Below, in pieces: positions 1-9,579 of a stretch of DNA of 63,471 nt (its first letter is position 1; each line of letters starts with the position of its first letter). The translations under genes were made by a program, and so were the position numbers. Source of the DNA: Vicinamibacteria bacterium. Lineage in GTDB: Bacteria > Acidobacteriota > Vicinamibacteria > Fen-336. The notes under the pieces were generated by a model. It had not been told where the DNA came from, did not search any database, and was given only the letters and a program-made list of their open reading frames with translations. The DNA lies in NCBI GenBank assembly GCA_016934575.1, contig JAFGSN010000107.1, positions 1-63,471 of the forward strand, given 5' to 3'.

Positions 1-2
1 CC

Positions 3-1313
3 GCTCCGCCTCCGGCGCGGATTGCTCCCCCTCCACAGCCTCCGGCTCGACCCGCCTGGGAGCCTCGCCAAGCTCCGCCGACTCCGATCATGGAAGAGGA
101 GATAGCATTCGATGAGGAATCGCCCCTCCTGGATTCTCTCGGCCTTGGTTCTGCCGATGAGGCGTCCATTATGGAACAAGAGGAGGAGATACCGCTCGAA
201 GTCGAAGAAGCGACGCCACTTCCGCCCGCGTCAGGCGAGATTGCCGCGGAGTCCTTGTTGTCCGATCTCGGCTTCGGCGCTGAAAGCGAGGGGGAGCTGC
301 CCGAGCGTTTCCTCGATGAGCCTTCGGCGCCGCCCGAGCCGATTCTTCCGAAAGTCCAGGAGCCCCCGTCTGCGGCTGACACCGAAGGCGACTTTTTCGG
401 CGACCTAGGAGCCGCGCCTGCGCAGATCGACCAGGAGTTGGATCTCTTTGGTCTGGATCAGCAGCCCCAACAATTCACGGCGCCCCCCGCGCTCGCCAAC
501 GCGCCCTCCGATCTGTCACGGGCGCTTGGAGAGGTCGACCAGTTGGTCGCGCTGGGCTTCATCGATAACGCTTTGGAGACCATGCGCACGGTGGGCATGC
601 GATATCCCGGGCATCCCGCCGTTCTCGACAAGATTTCCCAGCTTGGCCTCGATCAGGAGGAAGCTGTTAGCGGCGTCAACGAGGCCTCCCACACCGCCCT
701 TCCGTCTGATCAATCAGGACTTGGGGAGGTTTTCGATTCTTTACCCGGCCTGGAAGCGCCTGTTTCGCCGCAGCCGGCCGAAGGAATCGATCTCGGAACG
801 GAGCTTGGCGATCTTTTTACGGCGCATGAAGCCGTAGAGGAACCCGCTCCCGCCTTGAGAACCGCCGACCTGGGAGACGTCAGCTTGGCGGAGATCTTCA
901 AGGAATTCAAGAAGGGCGTGGATCGCCAGCTCGGCCAGGAGGACTACGACACTCGATACAACCTCGGCATCGCATACAAAGAGATGGGACTGGTCGATGA
1001 AGCCATCGCTGAGTTCCAACTTGCCGTCAAAGACGAAAACCGACTGCTTGAGTGCAGCAGCATGCTCGGGCTGTGTTTTCTGGAAAAAGGCATACCCAAA
1101 CTTTCCGTCAAATGGTTCGAGAAGGGACTCTCCGCCCCTGGACGGCGTGAAGAGGAATACCAAGGACTCCGCTACGATCTGGCGACCGCCTACGAAGCCG
1201 CCGGAGAGACACAAAAGGCTTACAATCTCTACCTAGAGCTTTACTCTCAGGATGCAAGCTTTCGCGACGTGGCTGGCAAGGTGCAGCAGTTGCAGGCGCT
1301 GGCGGGCGGATGA
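3..1313 (+). CDS. TPR protein, 5'-truncated by the window edge; long acidic/Pro-rich linker and C-terminal TPR domain
   Basis: Frame is open from position 3 (APPPARIAPPPQ...), so the true start is probably upstream. C-terminal TPRs: YDTRYNLGIAYKEMGLVDEAIAEFQ, LRYDLATAYEAAGETQKA. Confidence 0.8.
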   Translation, partial: APPPARIAPPPQPPARPAWEPRQAPPTPIMEEEIAFDEESPLLDSLGLGSADEASIMEQEEEIPLEVEEATPLPPASGEIAAESLLSDLGFGAESEGELPERFLDEPSAPPEPILPKVQEPPSAADTEGDFFGDLGAAPAQIDQELDLFGLDQQPQQFTAPPALANAPSDLSRALGEVDQLVALGFIDNALETMRTVGMRYPGHPAVLDKISQLGLDQEEAVSGVNEASHTALPSDQSGLGEVFDSLPGLEAPVSPQPAEGIDLGTELGDLFTAHEAVEEPAPALRTADLGDVSLAEIFKEFKKGVDRQLGQEDYDTRYNLGIAYKEMGLVDEAIAEFQLAVKDENRLLECSSMLGLCFLEKGIPKLSVKWFEKGLSAPGRREEEYQGLRYDLATAYEAAGETQKAYNLYLELYSQDASFRDVAGKVQQLQALAGG

Positions 1314-1597
1314 GCGTGGCGATTGCGCCCGGGCTCTTCCGAGTGCGCTTACGATTGACGTTGTTGCTCTCGATCGTCAGCTCTGTGTTCGTCGGTTTTG
1401 GCCTTGTCTTGGTTCCATGGACGCAACTCTGGGAGTCGAATTGTCTTCTTCAATGGAATCCGGGCATGCGTGAGTTCATGCTGAGCGCCTACGTTCGTGG
1501 CGCAGTGAGTGGAGTCGGCCTCGTCAACGTCATTCTGGCGATCGAGGAGATCGGGCTGTACTGGAGGCATGTACATGGCGTCCGGAATGCTCAGTAA
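1310..1597 (+). CDS. Small membrane protein (two predicted TM helices)
   Basis: ATGA overlap with the upstream stop; hydrophobic segments LTLLLSIVSSVFVGFGLVLVPW and GAVSGVGLVNVILAI. Confidence 0.65.
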   Translation: MSVAIAPGLFRVRLRLTLLLSIVSSVFVGFGLVLVPWTQLWESNCLLQWNPGMREFMLSAYVRGAVSGVGLVNVILAIEEIGLYWRHVHGVRNAQ

Positions 1598-1730
1598 CGT
1601 CACGCCGCGGCCGACAACCGTGTTCGTCGGACCGTCGGAAACGTCGCCGGACGCGGGCGATTCACTCGATTGATTAGAGATTAGGGCGCCTGAAATGCCG
1701 TGTTGCCGGCGGCCGTTCCCGTGAGGGCGC

Positions 1731-2540
1731 ATGCGACAGGTCGCAAGCGAGTCCGAGATCGATCGGCTTTACTCTGAGATTCTGCTGGTCGGCGAGAGCG
1801 CGGCGGGCGTTCGGGAGTTTTTCGCGCGACACGAGATATCCGAAAGCGCGCTTCTATCGTTGTTGCGACGAATCGTGCCGCGGAAGTTTCTGGAACACGT
1901 GGCGACCACGCGGCCATGGTCCGAACGAGCGGTTGTCCTGGGCGTGGTGGCGATGAATCCGCGGATCCCGCGGTATCTAGCGTTGCATCTCGTTGCGTCG
2001 CTGACTTGGGTCGATCTCGTTCGTCTCGCCGCCACCCCCCGCGTGGACGCGGCGATGCGTAACCGCTGCGAGGAAGTTTTGCGCGAAAACCTTCCGGACA
2101 TGCGCCTAGGCGAACGAATTGCTCTCGCGAGACGAGCGACGCCGCGGATCCTCATGCTCTTGCTCCTCGACAGTGATCCTCGAGTCATTGACGCCGGACT
2201 GCTCAATCCACGGTTGAGGGAAGAGGACGTTCTTCATGCGATACGCAGGGACGAATCTTCCGGGACGCTGCTCGATCGCGTATCGGCGTGTTATTGTTGG
2301 CGCGACAACCATGCCGTCCGTCTGGCGCTGGTTCTCCACCTCCGGACTCCGTTGTCAGTGGCTTTGGCGCAGTTGAGCCATCTCGTCGACTCGGCCCTGG
2401 CTCGTCTGATCACGACGAAAACCCTTCCGCCTCTTATCCGGGCCGGCGCTGAACGAGTGCTGGAGGTTCGTAACGCTCAACGCCAAGGGCGATCCGATGA
2501 AATGGGGCCCCTTCAGATCGGACGTGATTCGGGGCATTGA
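1731..2540 (+). CDS. Hypothetical alpha-helical (HEAT/LRV-like) repeat protein
   Basis: Repeated motifs NPRIP, LLNPRL, HLRTPLSVAL; similar by eye to the C-terminal half of 3363..4454. Confidence 0.7.
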   Translation: MRQVASESEIDRLYSEILLVGESAAGVREFFARHEISESALLSLLRRIVPRKFLEHVATTRPWSERAVVLGVVAMNPRIPRYLALHLVASLTWVDLVRLAATPRVDAAMRNRCEEVLRENLPDMRLGERIALARRATPRILMLLLLDSDPRVIDAGLLNPRLREEDVLHAIRRDESSGTLLDRVSACYCWRDNHAVRLALVLHLRTPLSVALAQLSHLVDSALARLITTKTLPPLIRAGAERVLEVRNAQRQGRSDEMGPLQIGRDSGH

Positions 2541-2566
2541 CAGGGCCGCGGGCTATTCGATACTAT
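2537..2566 (+). promoter_or_regulatory. Putative sigma70 promoter for the rodZ-like gene
   Basis: TTGACA (2537-2542), 18-nt spacer, TACTAT; about 50 nt upstream of ATG 2615. Confidence 0.4.
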
Positions 2567-2614
2567 CTCCCGCGAAATCCAGCGTAGGCTGTGTGATAGA
2601 CTGCTGCTTCGACC

Positions 2615-3361
2615 ATGGCGTCTTTTGGTAGTCATCTTCGGACCGAGCGCGAGTTGCGGGGGATCCTTCTCACGGAGATCTCTCAGGCGACAAAAATAAG
2701 CCGCCGATTCCTCGAATATCTCGAGGAGGATCGCCTGGATCGTCTGCCCGGCGGTCTCTTCCCTCGTGCTTTTGTTCGTCAATATGCCAAATACATCGGG
2801 TTGGACGCCGATAAAGCTGTTTCCGAGTTCGTGTATGTTCACCACTCCGAGGCCGAACCTCCTGAGCCGTCCATTGATGTCGCCGATCCGAAGAGAAGCC
2901 GATCGTGGCTGGGAGTCGGAGCCGCTATCGGGCTGCTGGCCATGGTCTGGACTTGGTCTCGCTCGCGATCCGAAGGTCCGCCGGCCGCCGCGACTCCCGC
3001 GCCGGCAATGGTTGTTTCACCGACACCGCAGGCCGAACAGATCTTCAAAGCCGATCAAGCGGAGGAACAGGGGCTGGTGATGACGCTCAAGGCCAAGGAG
3101 AGTTGCTGGATCGAGGCCCGCGTGGACGGCGAGGTGATCATGAATCGAGTGCTCAATCAGGGAGAGACAACGACCCTGGAGGCGATCGGGGAAATACGTC
3201 TTTCGGTCGGCAACGCGGGCGGGCTGGCGTTCGATGTGAACGATCGCCCGGGTCTTCCCCTAGGGCGAAGCGGCGAGGTGAAACGCGACATTCGCATCAC
3301 GCGGGAGAATCTGCCGTCCTTGGTTCAGAGCAAGCCGTCCCCGGATTCTCTGAGTAGCTGA
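2615..3361 (+). CDS. rodZ: RodZ-like protein (HTH_25, TM helix, DUF4115)
   Basis: N-terminal FGSHLRTERELRGILLTEISQATKISRRFLEYLEE..LPGGLFPRAFVRQYAKYIGLD; single TM; C-terminal SCWIEARVDGE...VGNAGG...LGRSGEV. Confidence 0.85.
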   Translation: MASFGSHLRTERELRGILLTEISQATKISRRFLEYLEEDRLDRLPGGLFPRAFVRQYAKYIGLDADKAVSEFVYVHHSEAEPPEPSIDVADPKRSRSWLGVGAAIGLLAMVWTWSRSRSEGPPAAATPAPAMVVSPTPQAEQIFKADQAEEQGLVMTLKAKESCWIEARVDGEVIMNRVLNQGETTTLEAIGEIRLSVGNAGGLAFDVNDRPGLPLGRSGEVKRDIRITRENLPSLVQSKPSPDSLSS

Positions 3362-3362
3362 A

Positions 3363-4454
3363 ATGGCCGACGCCCGAATTCCCAATCCGCTCGTTGAACG
3401 TTTCTTTAAGGGTGGTATTCCGCTCGATCTCCGGATGATGGCCGCACAGGGCGCCCTGCCGTTGACGCCCGCCGACCTTGTCGAGTTGCTTCATCATTTA
3501 TTGCGGGATCCGGAAAGCGAGGTGCGAAGCACGGCATCAGCCACGATGATGGCGATGCCGGTCGAAGCGTTGTTGCCGATCCTCAAGGATCGCCTGACTC
3601 TTCAGGGCGTCCTGGATTGGGCGCTTTCATCTCGCCAGGAGGATCAGCTCCTCGAGGCCGTGCTTCAGAATCCCTCCACTTCGGACGTGGCGATCGAAGA
3701 GCGGGCGGCCCATTTGTCGATGGAGCTGGCCGAGTTGGTCGTGATCAATCAGGTTCGTCTATTGCGTCGAAACACGCTTCTCGATGCGATTGAATCGAAT
3801 TCTCGGCTGAATAATGACCAGCGCCGCCGATTACGGGAGTTGCGGGAGAACTTCAATATCGGCACGACTCCGGCGGTCGCGGTCGCTCCATCGCCGATCG
3901 TTGCGCCGGTCGTGCCTGAGGCGCCACCGCCGCTCGCTCCCGTCGAGTCGGAAGTCGACGAGCCGGCGCCGAGCACCGAGCAAGAGGCGTTTTTCCGATA
4001 CTTGACCGAGGAGGAGCGTCAAGAAGCCCAGAGGCTCACGACCGTTCAGAAGGTCTTCCGTCTCAACGTCGCCCAGAAAGTTATTTTGGCCTTGAAAGGC
4101 ACGCGCGAGGAGCGAACAGTGCTCGTGCGCGATCCCAATCGTATTGTCTCCACCGCGGTTCTGGGCAGTCCGCGGCTTACCGAGTCGGAGGTGGAGATCA
4201 TCGCGGGGATGCGCAACGTCTCGGACGAGGTTCTGCGCGTCATCGGCCAGCACAAGGGGTGGACCAAGCGCTATAATGTCGCGCTTCAGCTCGTCAAGAA
4301 TCCCCGCACGCCGCTCGCCATTTCGATCGGAATGGTCGCGCGTCTCAATCCGCGGGATATGAAGAGCGTGTCCGTCGATCGGAATGTCTCGGAAGTGATT
4401 CGCAATCACGCGCAGCGTTTCGTGCGCGAAAAGGCCACCGGAAAACGAGGCTAG
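3363..4454 (+). CDS. Hypothetical alpha-helical repeat protein
   Basis: 363-aa ORF starting 1 nt after the rodZ stop; motifs LQNPSTSD, LVRDPNRIVSTAVLGSPRLT, LVKNPRTPLAIS. Confidence 0.8.
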   Translation: MADARIPNPLVERFFKGGIPLDLRMMAAQGALPLTPADLVELLHHLLRDPESEVRSTASATMMAMPVEALLPILKDRLTLQGVLDWALSSRQEDQLLEAVLQNPSTSDVAIEERAAHLSMELAELVVINQVRLLRRNTLLDAIESNSRLNNDQRRRLRELRENFNIGTTPAVAVAPSPIVAPVVPEAPPPLAPVESEVDEPAPSTEQEAFFRYLTEEERQEAQRLTTVQKVFRLNVAQKVILALKGTREERTVLVRDPNRIVSTAVLGSPRLTESEVEIIAGMRNVSDEVLRVIGQHKGWTKRYNVALQLVKNPRTPLAISIGMVARLNPRDMKSVSVDRNVSEVIRNHAQRFVREKATGKRG

Positions 4455-4457
4455 GTT

Positions 4458-5120
4458 TTGCCGGACTATTATCAATTGCTCGGAGTGCGTCCGGATGCTT
4501 CGCCAGCGGAGATCCGCAGCGCTTACTTACGACTGGCCCGGGATCGACATCCTGACCGCCACACCGATCCCGCCGAGAAGGCGCACGCCGAGGAGAGCTT
4601 CAGGGAGATCACGACCGCTTTCAATACGCTGTCGAATGAACGGTCGCGAAGAGAATATGACGACGAACTCGCTCGACCCAAGGCGACGACTCCAGAAGAG
4701 CTGGCGCAGGAAGCCTATTTGCAGGGCATTGAAAGGCTGAAGGCGCAGGACCATCAAGAGGCGCTTGGTTTCTTTCGGGCCGCCGTACACCATTTGCCGG
4801 AACGCGCCGAGTATCAGGTCGCTCTTGGACGAGTTCTCGCGATGAATCCTTCGCTGGGACATGAGGCCGTGACAGTATTTGAAAAAGCGGCAACTCTCGA
4901 ACCGCAGAACGCCCAGATCTACGTGGAACTTGCCCGAATCCTGCACAACCAGGGCTTGCGCATTCGAGCGCGTAGAGCGGTCGAGGCCGCGCTCCGTCTT
5001 GCGCCCCATGATCCCGACGTCGCCCGAATACTCGCCGGGCTCGGCATGCGCCCGGATAAGGGGGGCGCCGCCGCACCACGAGGCTCCGGCCTTCTGGATC
5101 GACTGCGTGGCAAGTCGTAG
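4458..5120 (+). CDS. J-domain (DnaJ-like) protein with C-terminal TPRs
   Basis: DYYQLLGV...EIRSAYLRLARDRHPD (HPD motif)...AFNTLSNERSRREYD, followed by TPRs; TTG start. Confidence 0.9.
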   Translation: MPDYYQLLGVRPDASPAEIRSAYLRLARDRHPDRHTDPAEKAHAEESFREITTAFNTLSNERSRREYDDELARPKATTPEELAQEAYLQGIERLKAQDHQEALGFFRAAVHHLPERAEYQVALGRVLAMNPSLGHEAVTVFEKAATLEPQNAQIYVELARILHNQGLRIRARRAVEAALRLAPHDPDVARILAGLGMRPDKGGAAAPRGSGLLDRLRGKS

Positions 5121-5285
5121 CCTTGCCATACAACGGGAAGGAATTCCGCAGCCCCATGACGGCGCCACGCCTCGACTTGCCCCTCGACGCTTTGTGTTGT
5201 CTACTGGCATTGTCGTTGTTTCGTGTCGGAGTCGAGCCGTGACGTTGTCAATGGCGACACCCGAGAAGGGCGCGGTTTTCACGCC

Positions 5286-6050
5286 ATGAGATTTATCTAC
5301 GCTGCCGTTACAGACATCGGACGCAAGCGGAAGAGCAACGAGGACAATCTGTTTGCCAATTCAGACGATGGTCTTTTCATTGTCGCCGACGGCATGGGCG
5401 GACACGCGGCCGGTGAGGTGGCTTCGCGGGTCGCCGTCGAGGCGATCAATGAGTTCATTTGCATGACGAGTCGAGACAACGAGATCACCTGGCCGTTTGG
5501 GCTCGACGACACGATTTCCTACGACGGCAATCGTCTTAAAACCGCCATACGCTACGCCAATGAAAAGGTGCTGGATGCGATGCGGCGACAGGCCGAATAC
5601 GAGGGAATGGCCACTACGGTGGTCGCCGCCCTGATCGGCAATGGCAGGGTGAATCTGGCGCATGTTGGGGACAGCCGCATCTATTTGGCGCGCGACGCCG
5701 CGCTGCACCAGCTCACGTCGGATCATTCATGGGTCAATGAACAGATCCAAAACGGCATCATCTCGCCCGATCAGGCGCGGACGCATCCTCTACGCAACGT
5801 CGTGACGCGCGCGCTCGGGGGCAAGTCGGATATCGAAGTCGACGTCCAGGAGTTCGAAGCGCGGGAAGACGACGTGCTGCTTCTATGCTCCGACGGCCTG
5901 ACGACGATGCTTCCTGACGAAGAGATCGCCCGTCGCGTCGCGGAAGCCGCGTTGGACGTCGAGCGAGCCGCGAACGATCTGGTGGCAACCGCCAATGATC
6001 GCGGCGGTGAGGACAACATAACCGTGCTTCTGGTTCGTTTTCAGCCATGA
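5286..6050 (+). CDS. PP2C-family Ser/Thr protein phosphatase (Stp1/PrpC type)
   Basis: TDIGRKRKSNED, VADGMGGHAAGEVAS, HVGDSRIY, LLCSDGLT, GGEDNIT; start placed at ATG 5286. Confidence 0.95.
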   Translation: MRFIYAAVTDIGRKRKSNEDNLFANSDDGLFIVADGMGGHAAGEVASRVAVEAINEFICMTSRDNEITWPFGLDDTISYDGNRLKTAIRYANEKVLDAMRRQAEYEGMATTVVAALIGNGRVNLAHVGDSRIYLARDAALHQLTSDHSWVNEQIQNGIISPDQARTHPLRNVVTRALGGKSDIEVDVQEFEAREDDVLLLCSDGLTTMLPDEEIARRVAEAALDVERAANDLVATANDRGGEDNITVLLVRFQP

Positions 6051-6099
6051 ATGATTCCCGCCGACCGTCAACTTGACCGCCGCCACCCCATGGGCCCCC

Positions 6100-8064
6100 A
6101 TGTCTCCGGCTGATCAGACCGACGCGAATTCAGCCTTCCATATCGGTAAATATCGTGTTCTGGGACGCGTTGGACGCGGAGGCATGGGCGTCGTTTATCG
6201 CGCTTTTGACGAAACGCTCGAGCGCGAGGTGGCCCTCAAGGTGTTGGTTCTCGAGACCAATCTCGATCGAGAGATTCGCCGCCGGTTCGTGGTCGAGGCC
6301 AAGGCGGCCGCCAAGCTGCAGCATCCCAATATCGTCACCGTCTACGAGCTGGGAGAAGAGCGAGGGATTCCGTTCATCGCGATGGAATTCCTTTCCGGCA
6401 TGGACGTGGACATGCTTCTGCGCTCCGAGGAACCGCCGCTTCTCGAGGAATCGCTCGAGATCATGGCCCAGGTGTGCCAGGGCTTGGCTTATGCTCATTC
6501 CCGTCGCATCGTTCATCGCGATATCAAGCCCTCCAACGTTCGTGTCTTGGAAGACGGGACCGCCAAGATCCTTGATTTCGGCATTGCAAAGCTTGGCGAG
6601 CTCACGCTGACACAGAGCGGAATGGTGCTCGGCACCGTGCATTACATGAGCCCCGAGCAGGTTCGCGGACTTCCGCTTGACGGCCGTAGCGACGTCTTTT
6701 CCGCGGGCGTCATCCTCTATGAAATGTGCACGAAAAAGCGGCCCTTTACTGGACGCACGGCGACTGAAATATTCGACGGCATTCTGCACGCCGCCGCTCC
6801 ATCATTGCCTCAGGATCTTCTGAAGCGTGCGCCCCGTCTGCGGTCCGTGCTTGAACGGTCGCTGGCAAAGAACGCCGCTGATCGCTATCCCTCCGCATCC
6901 GTCTTGGCGCGCGACTTGACGTCGCTGCACGATGATGTTCTCGGCGCCCGCGGTTCGTATGAAACGATGGAGGCCGTCAAGCTCGTCGATCGCGCCGAGA
7001 AACTCGTCAAAGAAGGGCGCTGGGAAGATGCGATCGTCGACCTATCGTCCCAACTGACGCAACACACGGACTGTCTTGCGGTCCGCCGCGCGCTTCGCGC
7101 CGTGAAGCACGCGCAAACGCGGCGTCAAGACCACGCGGAGGAAGGATTTCCTGAGTTGCTCTCCGCCTTCGGGGCCGCGCTTCAGACCCAGAGGGCGACT
7201 GCAATCCTGACGAAGCCCGAGCCACGCATGAGGATCGGCGGCCGGAGCATGCTCCTGCTGGGCGCATTGCTGCTGATTTTCGCCATCACGGCCGCCGTGC
7301 TATTGCATTCGGACGCCTCGCGAAAACCAACGAGGGGCGCGGCGGTAAAACCGCCGGTCACGACGACGCAATCCGCGTCCGCGATCTCGCGGGACGGCGT
7401 TCCGGTTTCCGATGAGGCGCCAGCGTCTTTCGTGGCGCTGAGAATCGAATCGAATCCGCCGGGAGCGAACGTCTTTCTGAACGGCATCGCCGTGAAGGGA
7501 CTGACGCCGCTCTCCATCGAGGTCGAAAGGGATCAGGCGCACCGGATCGAACTGCGTTTGAGCGGCCATGTTCCTCACGAAACGACGATTGCCATGACGG
7601 AACCTATTACGGAGGAGCTTCGCTTCGATCTTCATTCAATCGGCCCTCTCACGGCCGTGGTCGTCACATCGTCTTATCCGCTCGACATTCATTGGAACGG
7701 CCGGGTCATGGCGCGCCGCGAAACGTCGCCGCGCATCGAAATCCCGCGCGGCCGACACGCTCTGAAAATCGAGGCGTCGGAGTACTTCTTACGTTGGGAT
7801 GTCGTGGTGGACGTCGCGGAAGCGCCGCTGAGCATCGCAGCGCCCGTATTGGGACGACTGAGCGCTCGCGCCAGCCCGGACAACTGCGCGATCTACATTG
7901 ACGGCGTCTTCGCGGATAATCCTCCCATGCATGGGCGGCCGGTCGCGTCGGGCACGCACGTCGTCGAGTTCCGCTGGCCCGACGGTTTCCGTACGCGCAA
8001 GACCGTCGACGTGACGGCGGACGGCGTCGCGTATGTTTTCGGTCGCAGAGAGGAGAATCCGTGA
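6100..8064 (+). CDS. Membrane Hanks-type Ser/Thr kinase with extracytoplasmic PEGA domains
   Basis: GRGGMG, VALK, HRDIKPSN, DFG, YMSPEQ, DGRSDVFS; TM MLLLGALLLIFAITAAVLL; PEGA IESNPPGANVFLNG. Start ATG 6100 (or TTG 6073). Confidence 0.93.
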   Translation: MSPADQTDANSAFHIGKYRVLGRVGRGGMGVVYRAFDETLEREVALKVLVLETNLDREIRRRFVVEAKAAAKLQHPNIVTVYELGEERGIPFIAMEFLSGMDVDMLLRSEEPPLLEESLEIMAQVCQGLAYAHSRRIVHRDIKPSNVRVLEDGTAKILDFGIAKLGELTLTQSGMVLGTVHYMSPEQVRGLPLDGRSDVFSAGVILYEMCTKKRPFTGRTATEIFDGILHAAAPSLPQDLLKRAPRLRSVLERSLAKNAADRYPSASVLARDLTSLHDDVLGARGSYETMEAVKLVDRAEKLVKEGRWEDAIVDLSSQLTQHTDCLAVRRALRAVKHAQTRRQDHAEEGFPELLSAFGAALQTQRATAILTKPEPRMRIGGRSMLLLGALLLIFAITAAVLLHSDASRKPTRGAAVKPPVTTTQSASAISRDGVPVSDEAPASFVALRIESNPPGANVFLNGIAVKGLTPLSIEVERDQAHRIELRLSGHVPHETTIAMTEPITEELRFDLHSIGPLTAVVVTSSYPLDIHWNGRVMARRETSPRIEIPRGRHALKIEASEYFLRWDVVVDVAEAPLSIAAPVLGRLSARASPDNCAIYIDGVFADNPPMHGRPVASGTHVVEFRWPDGFRTRKTVDVTADGVAYVFGRREENP

Positions 8065-9578
8065 AAGCGGTTTGGAAATCGAAGGGTTGCCTGAGGGGAA
8101 TGATCCGTGCCGCCGCCGCTGCCGCCGCTACTCTTGGTCTTGGGGCGAGCATGCTTCCGGCGCAGATTTTGCCCGACGAACAAGCCCGAAGACTGCTCGA
8201 GGACGGCCGATCCGCAATCCGACAGGGAAAGCTCAAGCAAGCTCTCGACAACCTGAACACCATCGTGACGGGTTTCGCGAACACGGATGTCGTTGACGAT
8301 GCACTGCTTGAAATCGGCCAGGCGCATTTTCGACTGGGAGATGACATTGAGAAGGCGCGCGCCGCTTTCGGCGAGGTGGCCCGCCGATATCCTCAGGGAA
8401 ACGCGGCCGCCGGAGCTTTCTACTACCTCGGATGGTTGACGCTGCGTAATGCCGCGACCCGCGCGCAGGTCGAGGAGGCCTTGGCGCAGTTCAGTCGTCT
8501 CTGCCGGCTCTATCCGAAAAGCGAGTGGGTTCCCAGAGCGCTTCATGCGAGCGGGCTCGCCCATCGTCGCGCTGGTCGTCATGCGGAGTGCGTTCAGTTC
8601 CAGCGCCGTGTTGTCTTCGAGTATCCTCGCGACGACGTCGCTCCGGCCGCGCAGTACGAAGTGGGCCGTTGTCTGGCCCTCGGGGGAAAACCGGCCCAGG
8701 CCTTGGAGGAGTACCAGCGCCTGCGCAATCAGCACCCAGCCGGCGAATGGGGCGTCCGCGCCCTCGATCGCACGACGGCTCTCTGGCGTCTTTATGGCGG
8801 CGAAACGCCGTCCTTTACGCTCGATCCGGGCTTCGCTTTCACCGCGGGGAACGTCACGAAGAACGTGCGCGACATGCTGATGACCGAGGATGGCGTTCTC
8901 TGGATCGCTTCGAGCAAGGCTGGAAGCGTCGCGGCGTTCGCGGACGGTCGTATGAGTCAGTCGCTGTCTTTGATGAAACCACAGGCTCTCGCATTCTCCG
9001 CGCAAGGCGATCTGATCGCGGCGGGCGAATCGGCGGTTCGTGTCGGCTCCAGGGACATCCACACTTTCGCGGTGCCCGACGATCGCGAGGAAATGAAGCC
9101 GCTCGATCGCATTTCAGCGGCGCTCTTGCTGATGAACGGCGAGTGGCTCGTCTCCGATTTGCGGCACAAGGCGATTTTCCGTTTCGATCCGGAGCACAAG
9201 CTGCTCGATCGTTTCGGCGGCAGGAGCGAACGCGTCGTCTCCCGTCTTCTGTTGGACGACGAAGGCGCCGTTGTCGTGCTTGACCAGCGGGAACGCTGCG
9301 TCGAGTTCTTCGATCCGTCGGGTCAGCGTTTGCGTCGGATTGATCTTAAAGGCGCAGGGTTTGATCTGCGACGCGTCGTGGACATGGCCATCGATCCTCA
9401 GCGTAATCTCAATATTCTTGATGAGCGGAGCGGCGTCTGGATTCTTACCCCCGAGGGTCGGCTCTTGGCGAGCATCGGCGGCGACTCGCTGGGCAAGCCC
9501 CAGGCTCTGGCGCTGTCGCCCGACGGCGCGATCTTGGTTTACGATGGGAAACTTGACAGAGTCGTGCGCTTTCAGTGA
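8061..9578 (+). CDS. Exported TPR (BamD/CpoB-like) plus NHL/beta-propeller protein
   Basis: GTGA overlap; signal-like AAAAAATLGLGASMLPAQ; TPRs (DDALLEIGQAHF, AAQYEVGRC); propeller repeats KPQALAFSAQGD, KPQALALSPDGAILVYD. Confidence 0.8.
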   Translation: MKAVWKSKGCLRGMIRAAAAAAATLGLGASMLPAQILPDEQARRLLEDGRSAIRQGKLKQALDNLNTIVTGFANTDVVDDALLEIGQAHFRLGDDIEKARAAFGEVARRYPQGNAAAGAFYYLGWLTLRNAATRAQVEEALAQFSRLCRLYPKSEWVPRALHASGLAHRRAGRHAECVQFQRRVVFEYPRDDVAPAAQYEVGRCLALGGKPAQALEEYQRLRNQHPAGEWGVRALDRTTALWRLYGGETPSFTLDPGFAFTAGNVTKNVRDMLMTEDGVLWIASSKAGSVAAFADGRMSQSLSLMKPQALAFSAQGDLIAAGESAVRVGSRDIHTFAVPDDREEMKPLDRISAALLLMNGEWLVSDLRHKAIFRFDPEHKLLDRFGGRSERVVSRLLLDDEGAVVVLDQRERCVEFFDPSGQRLRRIDLKGAGFDLRRVVDMAIDPQRNLNILDERSGVWILTPEGRLLASIGGDSLGKPQALALSPDGAILVYDGKLDRVVRFQ

Positions 9579-9579
9579 T

